40,521 nt of DNA from an uncultured Deferribacteres bacterium (GCA_964014485.1 CAXHAT010000057.1:1-40521); one strand, 5' to 3'. Positions 8,216-17,429 are shown, counted from the first letter of the stretch. Notes: a model not told the origin generated them from the letters alone. Numbers and translations are program-made.

Positions 8216-9595
8216 TTAAGCAAAAGATTTCTTAAACTGCTCGATAACTTCTTCCATTTTCAGGCCGCGCGAGCCTTTCAGGAGAATCGTGTCTCCGGGC
8301 TTACTTTTTCGGTTCAGGCCCTCTGCGATTTCCGATTTATCGGCAAAAAGGCTCACATTTTCCAGGCCGGGCTTCATCGCTTCTCGCATCAAGTCGCCGT
8401 AAATCAAAACCTCAGCGAAGCCTTTTGACGCCGCGTGCTCAATGATTGCGTCGTGATCTTCGATTTCGGTCTCACCCAACTCTCGCATATCGCCGAGCAC
8501 GACGAACCGGTTTTCTTTTCCGGGCAGCGCCGACAGAAAATCGATGGCCGCACGCATGGATTCCGGGTTGGCGTTGTATGTATCGTCGAAAATGCGCCTG
8601 CCGCCAATTTCGAGACGCGTCATTCTGCCGCCGACGGTTTTAGCTTCCCGTAAACCATCGATAATTTTCTCGTTCGCTACGCCGCAAGCCACGCCCATTG
8701 CAATCGCCGCCAAGGCGTTTTGCGCATTGTGCAAGCCCGGCACGTCGAGCTCAATTTTTGAACCTTGCCAGTTAAAAGACGCGCAGCCGTTTTTATTCAA
8801 GGTCAAATTCTCGCCGCTGACGTAAGCCTGTTCGTTGAATGAAAAAGTCATTTTTTCCTTAACGCCGGCATCTTTTGCAGCTTGTCGGACGTTCGGATCA
8901 TCGAGATTGATCAAAGCCAGACCCGTCTCCGCCACAGCGTCAAACAACTCCTGTTTGGCACGACGCACGCCGTGAATGTCGCCAAGAAATTGCGTGTGCG
9001 CTTGCGCGACATTTGTGATTAAACCGATTTCCGGTTCAGCAATTTCACAGAGCGCCGCAATCTCGCCTGCGTGATTCATGCCCATTTCCAGCATGGCGAT
9101 TTCCGTTTCTTTCGGCATATCGAGCAGCGTCATCGGCAGACCGATGTGGTTGTTCAAATTTCCCTGCGTTTTGTGGGTTTTAAATGACGTTTCCAAAATA
9201 CTCGCCGCGAATTCCTTCGTCGTTGTTTTGCCGTTCGAGCCAGTGAGCGCCGCCACGCTCGGATTGCAATGTTTCCGATATGCCCAAGCCAGTTTTTGCA
9301 GAGCGGCCAGCGTGTCTTCGACGATGACAAAAGCGCCGACTTGCGGCTTTGAGCCTAGCGTTTTCCACCATCGCCGATCAACGATAATGGCGCCTGCTTT
9401 TGTAACAAGATTTTCGATGACAAACTTGTGCGCGTCATGAATTTCGCCGCGCAGCGCGACAAACACGTCTTCTTCTTCAACCAGTCGTGAGTCGATTCTT
9501 ACCTTTCCACCCGGAAGCTGCAATCTGTTCGCGTCGCCATGAATCTCCGCATCGATTCGCCAGTTCTTCAGCGCTTCAGCCAGTGACCAATCCAT
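8216..9595 (-). CDS. murF: UDP-N-acetylmuramoyl-tripeptide--D-alanyl-D-alanine ligase MurF
   Basis: IDSR, TGSNGKTTTKE, GNLNNHIGLP, EMGMNHAGEI, DDTYNANPESM and LLKGSRG. Start moved from 9655 to the in-frame ATG at 9595, 1 nt after the ftsI stop. Confidence 0.96.
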   Translation of the reverse strand: MDWSLAEALKNWRIDAEIHGDANRLQLPGGKVRIDSRLVEEEDVFVALRGEIHDAHKFVIENLVTKAGAIIVDRRWWKTLGSKPQVGAFVIVEDTLAALQKLAWAYRKHCNPSVAALTGSNGKTTTKEFAASILETSFKTHKTQGNLNNHIGLPMTLLDMPKETEIAMLEMGMNHAGEIAALCEIAEPEIGLITNVAQAHTQFLGDIHGVRRAKQELFDAVAETGLALINLDDPNVRQAAKDAGVKEKMTFSFNEQAYVSGENLTLNKNGCASFNWQGSKIELDVPGLHNAQNALAAIAMGVACGVANEKIIDGLREAKTVGGRMTRLEIGGRRIFDDTYNANPESMRAAIDFLSALPGKENRFVVLGDMRELGETEIEDHDAIIEHAASKGFAEVLIYGDLMREAMKPGLENVSLFADKSEIAEGLNRKSKPGDTILLKGSRGLKMEEVIEQFKKSFA

Positions 9596-9596
9596 G

Positions 9597-11780
9597 CTAT
9601 TCCAAACTTTTTGCCGCTCGTCGCCAGAGCGTATTTTCGGGCAACGTGCATTCAACGACGCAGCGAATTCCGGCGCGCACGCGGCTGCCTGCCGCCGGTT
9701 TTTGTTTTACCACGTTTCCGCTGCCGTAAACGACCGGTTCAAGTCCGTGAATCGTGAGCTTGTTCAGCGCCTCGCGCATGGAAAGTCCGACGACTTTTGG
9801 CATGATTAAAGAGCCGTCGTTTTCCGCAACTTCAAATAATTCGATGCTAACGCTGTCGCCGGGCTGCGTTGCCTTTCCCGGTGCTGGGAATTGCGATGCA
9901 ATAAAACTCCCCGAGCCCTGCGTGTGAACGTCCAGACCCAGCCCTTCCAAAACGGTAAGGCCTGCAAAAACGGAACGCTTGGTCACGTCCGGCATTTTCA
10001 AAGAGCCTTCAGCAACAACGATTTTTGTCCTGGATTTCTTTGGCGTTTTCGGGGCGTTCTTTTGGGTGTAAAATTTCTTTTCCCGCAGGCGGATTCGTTC
10101 CGCAATATTCTTAAAAACTTCCGCCGAAAACTTGCCCCATTGAAATTGACGGCTGGTTTCGAGTTTGACGTAGATCAAATATTCCGGTTTTTGCACCGGG
10201 TAAAATCCGGCAAAATTCGAGACAAATTCCGTCGCTGAATACCCGCGGCCGTTCGGCAGCGCTTTTTGCGCCGTCCCGGTTTTTCCCGCGACATTTAAAT
10301 TGGGCAATTTCGCTGGTTCTCCGGTGCCTTCTTCCACCACACGTTGCAGCAGTTTTTTCAAAAGATCCGCCGTCGATTTCGAAAGGATGCGCTTAGGCGG
10401 CGGAGAATCTTCGGCGAGAGTCAATTTGCCGTCTTCACCTTGCGTCCCGAGCAGAATCCTGGGCTTGAGCAACAAACCGCCGTTTGCAATCGCCGCATAG
10501 GCAAGCGCCATTTGCAGCGCCGTGACGGAAACTTCCTGACCAATCGACATCGAAGCCTGCGAATAATCCGACCATTGCGACGGCGATTTCAGCATGCCTC
10601 CCGCTTCGCCGGGCAGATCGACCAACGAGCGCCCGCCAAAGCCAAAACTGCTCGCAGCTTGAAAAAAACGCTCTTTGCCTAAAACCTCGCTCAATTTGGC
10701 CGTGCCGATGTTCGAAGAATACGAAAGCGCCTGACCGACCTGAAGCCAGCCGCGCGGCTTCGTGTCCCGGATTTTCCGCCCGTTTTTCACGTACAGCCCG
10801 TTTTCCGCAAAAATTTTGTCCGCCGGTTTTCTCAGCTTATTTTCAAAAAGCGCGGAATACGTCACAACTTTGAAGGTCGAACCCGGCTCATAAATGTCAG
10901 TTACGGCGCGATTTCTCCGGGCGGCGGCGGAGTACTTTGCCGGTGCGTTCGGATTATAGGAAGGCTCGTTCGCCATCGCCAGAATCTCGCCGTTTTGCGG
11001 ATTCATTACGATGACTGAACCGTTGCGCGCTCCGAATCTCCTGAGCGCCGCACGCAGTTCTTCCGTAACAATCGTTTGGACAATGTAGTCAATCGTCAAG
11101 ACGACTGATGCGCCGTCCGTCGGATGCAAATTTTCGATGATATTTTCCGGCACTGCACGCCCGCGCCCGTCGCGTTGAATCACCAGCTTGCCGGCTTCCC
11201 CAGACAATAAATCGTTGAATTGCAGCTCGGCGCCTTCGATGCCTTTGTTGTCCGCATCCGTGAAGCCCAAGATGTGGCCGGCAATTTCATGGTGCGGATA
11301 AATGCGTCGTGCGTCTTTTTCAACAAGAATTCCCGGCAATTCGAGGGCCGCGACCTTGTCTCCAACTTCGACGTCCACCCTTCTCCGAAGCCAAACGAAA
11401 TTGCTTTTGACTTTCTGGATGCGTCGACGCAGGCCGGATGCATCCATTTTGAGAAGCCTGGCAAGGGACTTGGCATAATTGCTCGCCGTCCCTTCCATTT
11501 GCCGCTTATCGAGCCCAATAGAATAGCACGTTTCGTTGAGAATGAGGTATTCGTTGTTGCGGTCGTAAATTTTACCCCGCCTGGCTTCTTGCGGAATCTC
11601 TACGACATATTGCTTGTTCGCCATCCGGCCGTATTTTCCGCGCTCCCAAAGTTGGATGTACAACAATCGCAAAACCACAGCGCCTGCGAACAAAAAGAAA
11701 AAGCCCGCCGCGATGTAAACGCGAACATCGTTTTTTCCCGTCGGTTGCTTTTTTGTACGTTTTTTGGCTTTGCGAAGCAT
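9597..11780 (-). CDS. ftsI: Class B penicillin-binding protein FtsI with two C-terminal PASTA domains
   Basis: N-terminal TM, RRGKIYDRN, SxxK (PGSTFK), SxN (SSN), KTGTAQ, and PASTA-like MPDVTK.. and MPKVVGLSMREAL. Confidence 0.95.
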   Translation of the reverse strand: MLRKAKKRTKKQPTGKNDVRVYIAAGFFFLFAGAVVLRLLYIQLWERGKYGRMANKQYVVEIPQEARRGKIYDRNNEYLILNETCYSIGLDKRQMEGTASNYAKSLARLLKMDASGLRRRIQKVKSNFVWLRRRVDVEVGDKVAALELPGILVEKDARRIYPHHEIAGHILGFTDADNKGIEGAELQFNDLLSGEAGKLVIQRDGRGRAVPENIIENLHPTDGASVVLTIDYIVQTIVTEELRAALRRFGARNGSVIVMNPQNGEILAMANEPSYNPNAPAKYSAAARRNRAVTDIYEPGSTFKVVTYSALFENKLRKPADKIFAENGLYVKNGRKIRDTKPRGWLQVGQALSYSSNIGTAKLSEVLGKERFFQAASSFGFGGRSLVDLPGEAGGMLKSPSQWSDYSQASMSIGQEVSVTALQMALAYAAIANGGLLLKPRILLGTQGEDGKLTLAEDSPPPKRILSKSTADLLKKLLQRVVEEGTGEPAKLPNLNVAGKTGTAQKALPNGRGYSATEFVSNFAGFYPVQKPEYLIYVKLETSRQFQWGKFSAEVFKNIAERIRLREKKFYTQKNAPKTPKKSRTKIVVAEGSLKMPDVTKRSVFAGLTVLEGLGLDVHTQGSGSFIASQFPAPGKATQPGDSVSIELFEVAENDGSLIMPKVVGLSMREALNKLTIHGLEPVVYGSGNVVKQKPAAGSRVRAGIRCVVECTLPENTLWRRAAKSLE

Positions 11781-11786
11781 TTGCGG

Positions 11787-12155
11787 CTATTCGTCTCCCT
11801 GGATGTAAACGGTCTGAGGTTTTAGCTCGATAAAGCCGAAACGCTCGCTGGCGACTTTGTGAATGCGGCGATAGCTGCTCAGCGATTCCGCCTGTCCGCG
11901 AAGGCGTTCATTTTCTTCAACCAAGAGTTTGCGAACTTTTTGATATTCAACGATTTCGCGCTCAATTTCCCGGATTTTAATTCGCTCCCAGACATAGAAA
12001 ACAGCCAGGCCGGAGAGAAGAATGAACAGTACACAAACCGGCAGCCAAAGAATGCCGTAGTCGGGTTGCAAAGCGACGCCGCCCTTGGCAGCTTTGCGTC
12101 GCCGAACCATTGTTTTTTGCTTAGACGAGTTTTTTGATCGCGCGGAGCTTGGCAC
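11787..12155 (-). CDS. ftsL: Cell division protein FtsL-like (alternative start ATG at 12110)
   Basis: Small bitopic protein with a TM followed by a coiled coil 'ENERLRGQAESLSSYRRIHKVA'; lies between rsmH and ftsI. Confidence 0.8.
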   Translation of the reverse strand: MPSSARSKNSSKQKTMVRRRKAAKGGVALQPDYGILWLPVCVLFILLSGLAVFYVWERIKIREIEREIVEYQKVRKLLVEENERLRGQAESLSSYRRIHKVASERFGFIELKPQTVYIQGDE

Positions 12156-13074
12156 TTCGTGATCTCGGGTTTTGTTGAACTTCCTGCGGCGACGGCGTCA
12201 CAACACGCCTGGTTAAAATTTCGCCTTCCTGGATATGATTACACGTACAAATCGGGGCGTCCTGCGGACAAACGCAGGTTCTGGCTTTTTCTCGAAAAAA
12301 GTTTTTGACCAGCCGATCTTCCAGCGAATGATAGGAAATGATCACCAATTTGCCGTCGGGTTTTAAGAGCGAAAAAGCGTTCGGCAAAAAACGCTGCAAC
12401 TCGCCCAACTCGTCGTTCACAGCGATGCGCAAAGCCTGAAAAACGCGCGCCAACGTTTTCACGCGCCATTTGCCCGGCGCTTCGCGACCAACAATTTCCG
12501 CCAGCCGCTCCGTTGTTTGAATTGGGCTCGTGCGCTGCGCCTGCAAAATCCGCTTAGCCAGTAAACGGCTTCGTCGTTCTTCACCAAATTTCCAGAGAAT
12601 CGACGCCAGCTCTTGCTCATCGACGCGACTCAGAAGTTCGGCGGCGGACTCGCCTGCTTTGCGATTCATTCGCAAATCGAGCGGGCCGCTTTGCTGAAAA
12701 CTGAAGCCGCGCTCCGGCGCGTTTATCTGGTGCGACGAGACGCCGAGATCAGCCAAAACGCCGTCGACGCCATTCCTTACTATGCTTTGCGTGGCAGTGA
12801 TAAGATTTGAAAATCGATCATGTATCGCCGTAAACCGAGAATCGTCTTCCAGCAAGTGCGATGCATGCGCTATCGCCGCCGGGTCGGCGTCAATGCCAAA
12901 AACGCGCGCACCGTCTTCCAATTTTCGAAGCAGCGCCCGCGCATGCCCGCCTCCGCCGAGCGTTGCGTCGATATAATCGCCTGCATGTGCAGCGATTAAA
13001 AACGACAACGTCTCAGAGACCATCACGGGTTCATGATAGGGATGCTCTGGTGAAGAATCATGCTGAAAAACCAA
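12121..13074 (-). CDS. rsmH: 16S rRNA m4C1402 methyltransferase RsmH (MraW); start uncertain
   Basis: HEPVM, DATLGGGGHA, DLGVSSHQ, RGFSF..GPLDLRM, ISYHSLEDRLVK and NPRSRSAKLR. Confidence 0.98.
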   Translation of the reverse strand: MVFQHDSSPEHPYHEPVMVSETLSFLIAAHAGDYIDATLGGGGHARALLRKLEDGARVFGIDADPAAIAHASHLLEDDSRFTAIHDRFSNLITATQSIVRNGVDGVLADLGVSSHQINAPERGFSFQQSGPLDLRMNRKAGESAAELLSRVDEQELASILWKFGEERRSRLLAKRILQAQRTSPIQTTERLAEIVGREAPGKWRVKTLARVFQALRIAVNDELGELQRFLPNAFSLLKPDGKLVIISYHSLEDRLVKNFFREKARTCVCPQDAPICTCNHIQEGEILTRRVVTPSPQEVQQNPRSRSAKLRAIKKLV

Positions 13075-13186
13075 CTCTCAAATCCCTTTAACGCCGCATC
13101 CTTGCGGCGATTTTTATTCACGTCAACTACGGCCAGACCATTAGGAGGGAACGTGCGGGAGGTAATCAGGCAAATTAACGACGGCG

Positions 13187-13693
13187 CTACGTACCGGCTT
13201 CGGAAGCTCCTTTCAATTCGGCGCGCTTGGCGATTTGGGCCGTCTGGAACGCCTTGAATGATTCAGGATTCCAGATGTCGAAAAAATTTCCCATCCCGAC
13301 AAATCGTAATTCCTTTTGAATGCTCGCGTCTTTCAAAAGATCAGCGGGAAAATTGATGCGGCCTTGTCCGTCCAACTTAATTTGATGCGCGTTAGCCGTC
13401 AAAAGCATGATCGCGAAAGTGTCGTCTGACGTTTCGCCTTCTTCATACTCAGTAAGTTTTCCCAAAATTGTCTCGTTATAATAACTCGTGGGATAAGCGC
13501 GGATGCAAGAGAGTTTGTCAAAGGGCATCAAGCGCAATGTGATGCTATTCACGCCATACATGTCCAGCACCTCGCGAATGCGGACAGGCGTGCTGCCTCT
13601 GCCTTTCGCGTCGAGCACGAAATCGAAGCAGCCCGTGAATTTCAAAATGCGATCGCTGGCTTGCGGCAGTGTATTCGCCACACCATTCACCAC
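13187..13693 (-). CDS. mraZ: Transcriptional regulator MraZ (true start possibly TTG at 13645)
   Basis: Two DxxGR repeats (LDAKGR, LDGQGRI..P) and 'FVGMGNFFDIWN'; first gene of the dcw cluster. Confidence 0.88.
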   Translation of the reverse strand: MVNGVANTLPQASDRILKFTGCFDFVLDAKGRGSTPVRIREVLDMYGVNSITLRLMPFDKLSCIRAYPTSYYNETILGKLTEYEEGETSDDTFAIMLLTANAHQIKLDGQGRINFPADLLKDASIQKELRFVGMGNFFDIWNPESFKAFQTAQIAKRAELKGASEAGT

Positions 13694-13764
13694 TTTTTGA
13701 CAATTTTACTCCACTTTGCCCCACTTTTTTGCACTATATACCACATAATCCCCCGAAATGCAAC
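13690..13764 (-). promoter_or_regulatory. MraZ-box array over the dcw promoter
   Basis: Minus-strand GTGG-like boxes with 10-nt period (plus strand CCAC 13711, CCAC 13721, GCAC 13731, CCAC 13741, plus CCAC 13690). They overlap a candidate TTGCAT-N17-TATATA promoter. Confidence 0.7.
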
Positions 13765-13790
13765 TTTTTTTTCGCGATTTTTTTTTAAGT

Positions 13791-13925
13791 CAAGGAGTGC
13801 AAGGCTTGCCTTGCTTTTCCATTACAGGCATTATTAAAAAGTCGTCTTTCAAAAACATCCTGCCGAAATTCGCTGCGCTGGATCGTTTGGGCGTGTAGCT
13901 CGCAAAGCAAGCTTTGCACTCCTTG
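13791..13925. repeat. REP doublet (REPIN/MITE-like), second copy in opposite orientation
   Basis: CAAGGAGTGCAAGGCTTGCCTTGC ... GCAAAGCAAGCTTTGCACTCCTTG, a 22/24 inverted repeat. Confidence 0.8.
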
Positions 13926-14170
13926 GTCGCCGAATCTTCTCGTAAAAATTCCCTTGCATTTGCGCACCTCTAAGGTTAATTATTTCCGCTTTTTTTGAAC
14001 CAACAATAGTCGCACTCAATCTGACCCAGAGACGATTTGAACGGAATCTCGCGAAAAGAAAGAGCGTTTTGGTCGCCCGGCCCTAAAAACAGCTCTTTAA
14101 TTGTCCCTTCTTTGGAACTCAGTAATTCCAATTCACCCCCTTATCTTTTAACCCAACAGGAGAGATTTCT

Positions 14171-17100
14171 ATGAGGAAATTGCTCACCACATTTGGAACG
14201 TTTGGTTTTGCAGCCGCGCTCTTCGTCATGACGGACGCGGTCGCACCTGAACAGGCACAAGCGCAGAACTACAATGCGGGCCCGGGCTTTAACGTCGCCT
14301 GGACGCTCAATCCCCGCGACTTTCCAGAGCTTTACACCCGCGGCCCGGCGTTCGGCGCACGCAGCGTTAACGTCGGCATGGATTTCGACCGCGACGGCAA
14401 GCGTGAAATTCTCTTTACCACAGATGAAACCTTGGCTCCGGAGGGCCCGGATCCGGGTTTCCTCGACGTTTATCTGTACGAAAACGACGGCCCGGACTCT
14501 TACAGCTATGTTTGGCATTATACGATGCCGGAAGGCAGCAACTCCTTGCCTGCCTTGACTTGGGGCGACATGGACGGCGACGGCTTGTATGAAATTTATT
14601 TCGGCGTGCCGACACTCCCGGATGATCCTGTGGATATGTTCGTATTTGAACAGGGCGAGGATTTCACTTTTCCTTCCGCACCAACACTGACCTATGATTT
14701 CGAAAGAACCGGAGACCTTGATTTCCGTCCTTCCGGCTTCAAGCTTGACGACATTGACGGCGACGGGGCTACGGAGCTCGCCGTACAATCACGCAAAAGC
14801 AGCAATCGCGAACTTGTGATTCTTTCGCTCGACAGTGAAGGATTGGACGAATTCGCCAGTTTCAAAATTGAGTTCACAGCAGGGGAAGATCTTCTTGGCG
14901 GCGGCGGCACTTATGACATTGAAGTTGTCGATTTCGACGGTGACGGCCAGAAAGAAATCTGGTACAACACCTGGGACAACTGGAGCATGACCATATTCGA
15001 GGCGACCGGTCCCGATACATATGAACTGCAAGTCGACCTCAACGGCATTATTCCAGACATTGATCCTGGCTCGTTTAACAGCCACGCCATGTATTTTCAG
15101 GACATGGACGGCGACGGCTTTCTCGAAGGCTGGTTTCCAATGACCAACGGCACATTGTATTTTATGGATGACGTGTCGGACGTTTCCATGCTGACAGTTG
15201 ATAACATTTGGGAAGTCGGTCATTTTAATCCGCTCAGACGTTCTCGCGGCGGCTCAGTCGGCGATATTGACAATGACGGCTTATGGGACATTGTCGCGAC
15301 GCACGGCACCGGTGAAAAAGTCTCACGTATGGAATACAACGGTATTGGCGATCCGGCGGATTCGACGAGTTACACCTGGTCGATCATTTTGGACAGCAGC
15401 GGCGAAAGCGGCGAACGCTATTATCCGTTGCGCATAGCGCCAGCCGATATGGACGGCGACGGTATGAAAGAAATCGTGCTGACCAATTTGTTTGCCACAC
15501 AGCCGGATCAGGACATGATCATCGTGCTCGAGTACGACGGGAGCTCGGACGTCCAGCTTGCGGAAAACTGGTCTGACGGCGGCGGCGTGATGAATGTCTC
15601 GCCAGATCCTTCCGTCATCGGTGCAGATATTTCCGCTCGGACGGCGATTGGCGGTTTTGACCTCGATCAGGACGGCGCGAAGGAAATCATCGTCACGGAT
15701 GTTTCTCGTGCAGGCGTGAAAGTCTTCGAATACAACAGCGAAGCCGACGTGTTCGAACAAACTTGGGAATCCCCGGCGGATACGGCTGCGGGCGTCAACC
15801 GGCGATTTGGCCTCAATCCAAGAACGGTCAACGTCTCGGATTTTGACGGCGACGGTAATTGGGAAATCGTCTTCCCGCTGGCTTCTGAACCTTCCGGTTT
15901 TTATGTCTATGAGTGGGACGGCGTACAAGGCAGCGACAACTACGGCGACGTCTACTCGACCATTATTTCCACTGAAGTTGACACTTGCTGCCCTGGTGAG
16001 AACTTCGTATCCTATCGCGGCGACCACGAACGGATTGACGTCAAAGACATCGACGGCGACGGCAAACAGGAAGCTTTGATTCCAATTCGCCGAAACGGCG
16101 GCGGCGGCAAGCGCGGTACAATCATCACTTCAGTTGAAGGCGAAATTGACCATGCAGCCGGCGGCGGCGGCTTTGAAACATGGGTAACCGAGTTCTTCGT
16201 TGATCGGATCAATTATGGCGGCGGTTCGCCTTATCAGGGTTTGCCTGCTGATCTCGACGGCGACGGCTCTTATGAAATTGTCAATCACTCTTGGAACAAT
16301 TTTGCCTTGTACAATTTCGACGTGCTTGGCGCCGATTCTTACGCTGCGGCTCCGGAAGACAGCGAAACCCGCTTCTTCCAGGCTTCCGCCACAGACGATT
16401 TTTCTATCTTTGGCGGTGAAGCTGGAGACGTAGATGGAAACGGCGATCACGAAGTCTACTTTTCTAACTTTGGCGACGGCAATAACTCAACATCCGCTGT
16501 GACCGCGAGCTTATGGGTGATCGATTATCAATCCGGTGACGATGTTCTTTCGATTGACGGCACACATGTCGTGAAAGTCGCCGATGATGTCGGGCGTTTC
16601 CACACCAGCGTCTTTGACGTCGACAGAAACGGTATGCCCAATATCTTTGTCGGCGGCAGCTACCCGCGCACCATAACAAGCACCGAAATGGTCGGGAGCG
16701 ATCCCAGAAATCCCGCTGATTACTGGACGCAAGTTATCTACAACGGCGACGGCGGCGTCATGAGAAACATTACAGTAACAGACTCCGCTGGAATCGTAAC
16801 TACCACATTTGATAACACTGCAGCCTTCGCTTCGAAAGTCCAATCGAATTGGCACGGCAATCCAATCGATTTTGACGACGATGGCGACTATGAAATCCTT
16901 GCCAGCTTCCAGGGCGTTTCTGACAGTATCACGACCACAACCCTGACTTGGAATGGCGCGAGTTACGATACTGTTGTGACAACGGCGGCGAATGAGCGCG
17001 CTTACACTGTGAAGCGGTTTGAGTTCTCCAGCATGGGCGTATCGGTTCGTGAATCCGAAGTGACGTTCATCACGCCGGAAGATTACGTTCTGGAGCAAAA

Positions 17101-17359
17101 CTATCCGAACCCGTTCAACCCGTCCACGACCATCCAGTACACTTTGCCGATCAGCAAGCAAGTGACTGTTCGCATCTACAACATCATGGGGCAAGTGGTT
17201 CGTACTTTGGTTGATGATCACATTCAGCAGGCGGGCACGCATTCGATTGTTTGGAACGCCACAAACGATCGCGGCATTCGCGTCGCCAGCGGTACATACA
17301 TCTATTCTCTTGAATACGGAAATGTCAAGAAAACCAAGCGTATGATGCTGCTCAAGTAG
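14171..17359 (+). CDS. Secreted FG-GAP/VCBS repeat protein with C-terminal FlgD-Ig/T9SS type A-like sorting domain
   Basis: Signal peptide (..AQAQ), 14 DxDxDG-type loops and the tail 'YVLEQNYPNPFNPSTTIQY...ASGTYIYSL...KRMMLLK'. Confidence 0.88.
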   Translation: MRKLLTTFGTFGFAAALFVMTDAVAPEQAQAQNYNAGPGFNVAWTLNPRDFPELYTRGPAFGARSVNVGMDFDRDGKREILFTTDETLAPEGPDPGFLDVYLYENDGPDSYSYVWHYTMPEGSNSLPALTWGDMDGDGLYEIYFGVPTLPDDPVDMFVFEQGEDFTFPSAPTLTYDFERTGDLDFRPSGFKLDDIDGDGATELAVQSRKSSNRELVILSLDSEGLDEFASFKIEFTAGEDLLGGGGTYDIEVVDFDGDGQKEIWYNTWDNWSMTIFEATGPDTYELQVDLNGIIPDIDPGSFNSHAMYFQDMDGDGFLEGWFPMTNGTLYFMDDVSDVSMLTVDNIWEVGHFNPLRRSRGGSVGDIDNDGLWDIVATHGTGEKVSRMEYNGIGDPADSTSYTWSIILDSSGESGERYYPLRIAPADMDGDGMKEIVLTNLFATQPDQDMIIVLEYDGSSDVQLAENWSDGGGVMNVSPDPSVIGADISARTAIGGFDLDQDGAKEIIVTDVSRAGVKVFEYNSEADVFEQTWESPADTAAGVNRRFGLNPRTVNVSDFDGDGNWEIVFPLASEPSGFYVYEWDGVQGSDNYGDVYSTIISTEVDTCCPGENFVSYRGDHERIDVKDIDGDGKQEALIPIRRNGGGGKRGTIITSVEGEIDHAAGGGGFETWVTEFFVDRINYGGGSPYQGLPADLDGDGSYEIVNHSWNNFALYNFDVLGADSYAAAPEDSETRFFQASATDDFSIFGGEAGDVDGNGDHEVYFSNFGDGNNSTSAVTASLWVIDYQSGDDVLSIDGTHVVKVADDVGRFHTSVFDVDRNGMPNIFVGGSYPRTITSTEMVGSDPRNPADYWTQVIYNGDGGVMRNITVTDSAGIVTTTFDNTAAFASKVQSNWHGNPIDFDDDGDYEILASFQGVSDSITTTTLTWNGASYDTVVTTAANERAYTVKRFEFSSMGVSVRESEVTFITPEDYVLEQNYPNPFNPSTTIQYTLPISKQVTVRIYNIMGQVVRTLVDDHIQQAGTHSIVWNATNDRGIRVASGTYIYSLEYGNVKKTKRMMLLK

Positions 17360-17367
17360 CATAATAG

Positions 17368-17429
17368 AACCTTCAAAGGCGCATATAGACTTGATTCAGG
17401 CTTTTCGTGGCGAGCGTCTTTGAAGGTTC
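17368..17429. repeat. Long inverted repeat after the FG-GAP gene (terminator or REP-like hairpin)
   Basis: GAACCTTCAAAGGCGC ... GCGTCTTTGAAGGTTC. Confidence 0.5.

Noticed and set aside
8216..9655. MurE-MurF fusion explaining the missing murE
   Set aside because: Only one ligase unit of about 460 aa with one P-loop and MurF-specific motifs; the 20-codon extension to 9655 just overlaps ftsI.
15323..17362. Minus-strand ORFs of 234 aa and 283 aa
   Set aside because: Antisense shadows of the Asp/Gly-rich FG-GAP gene.
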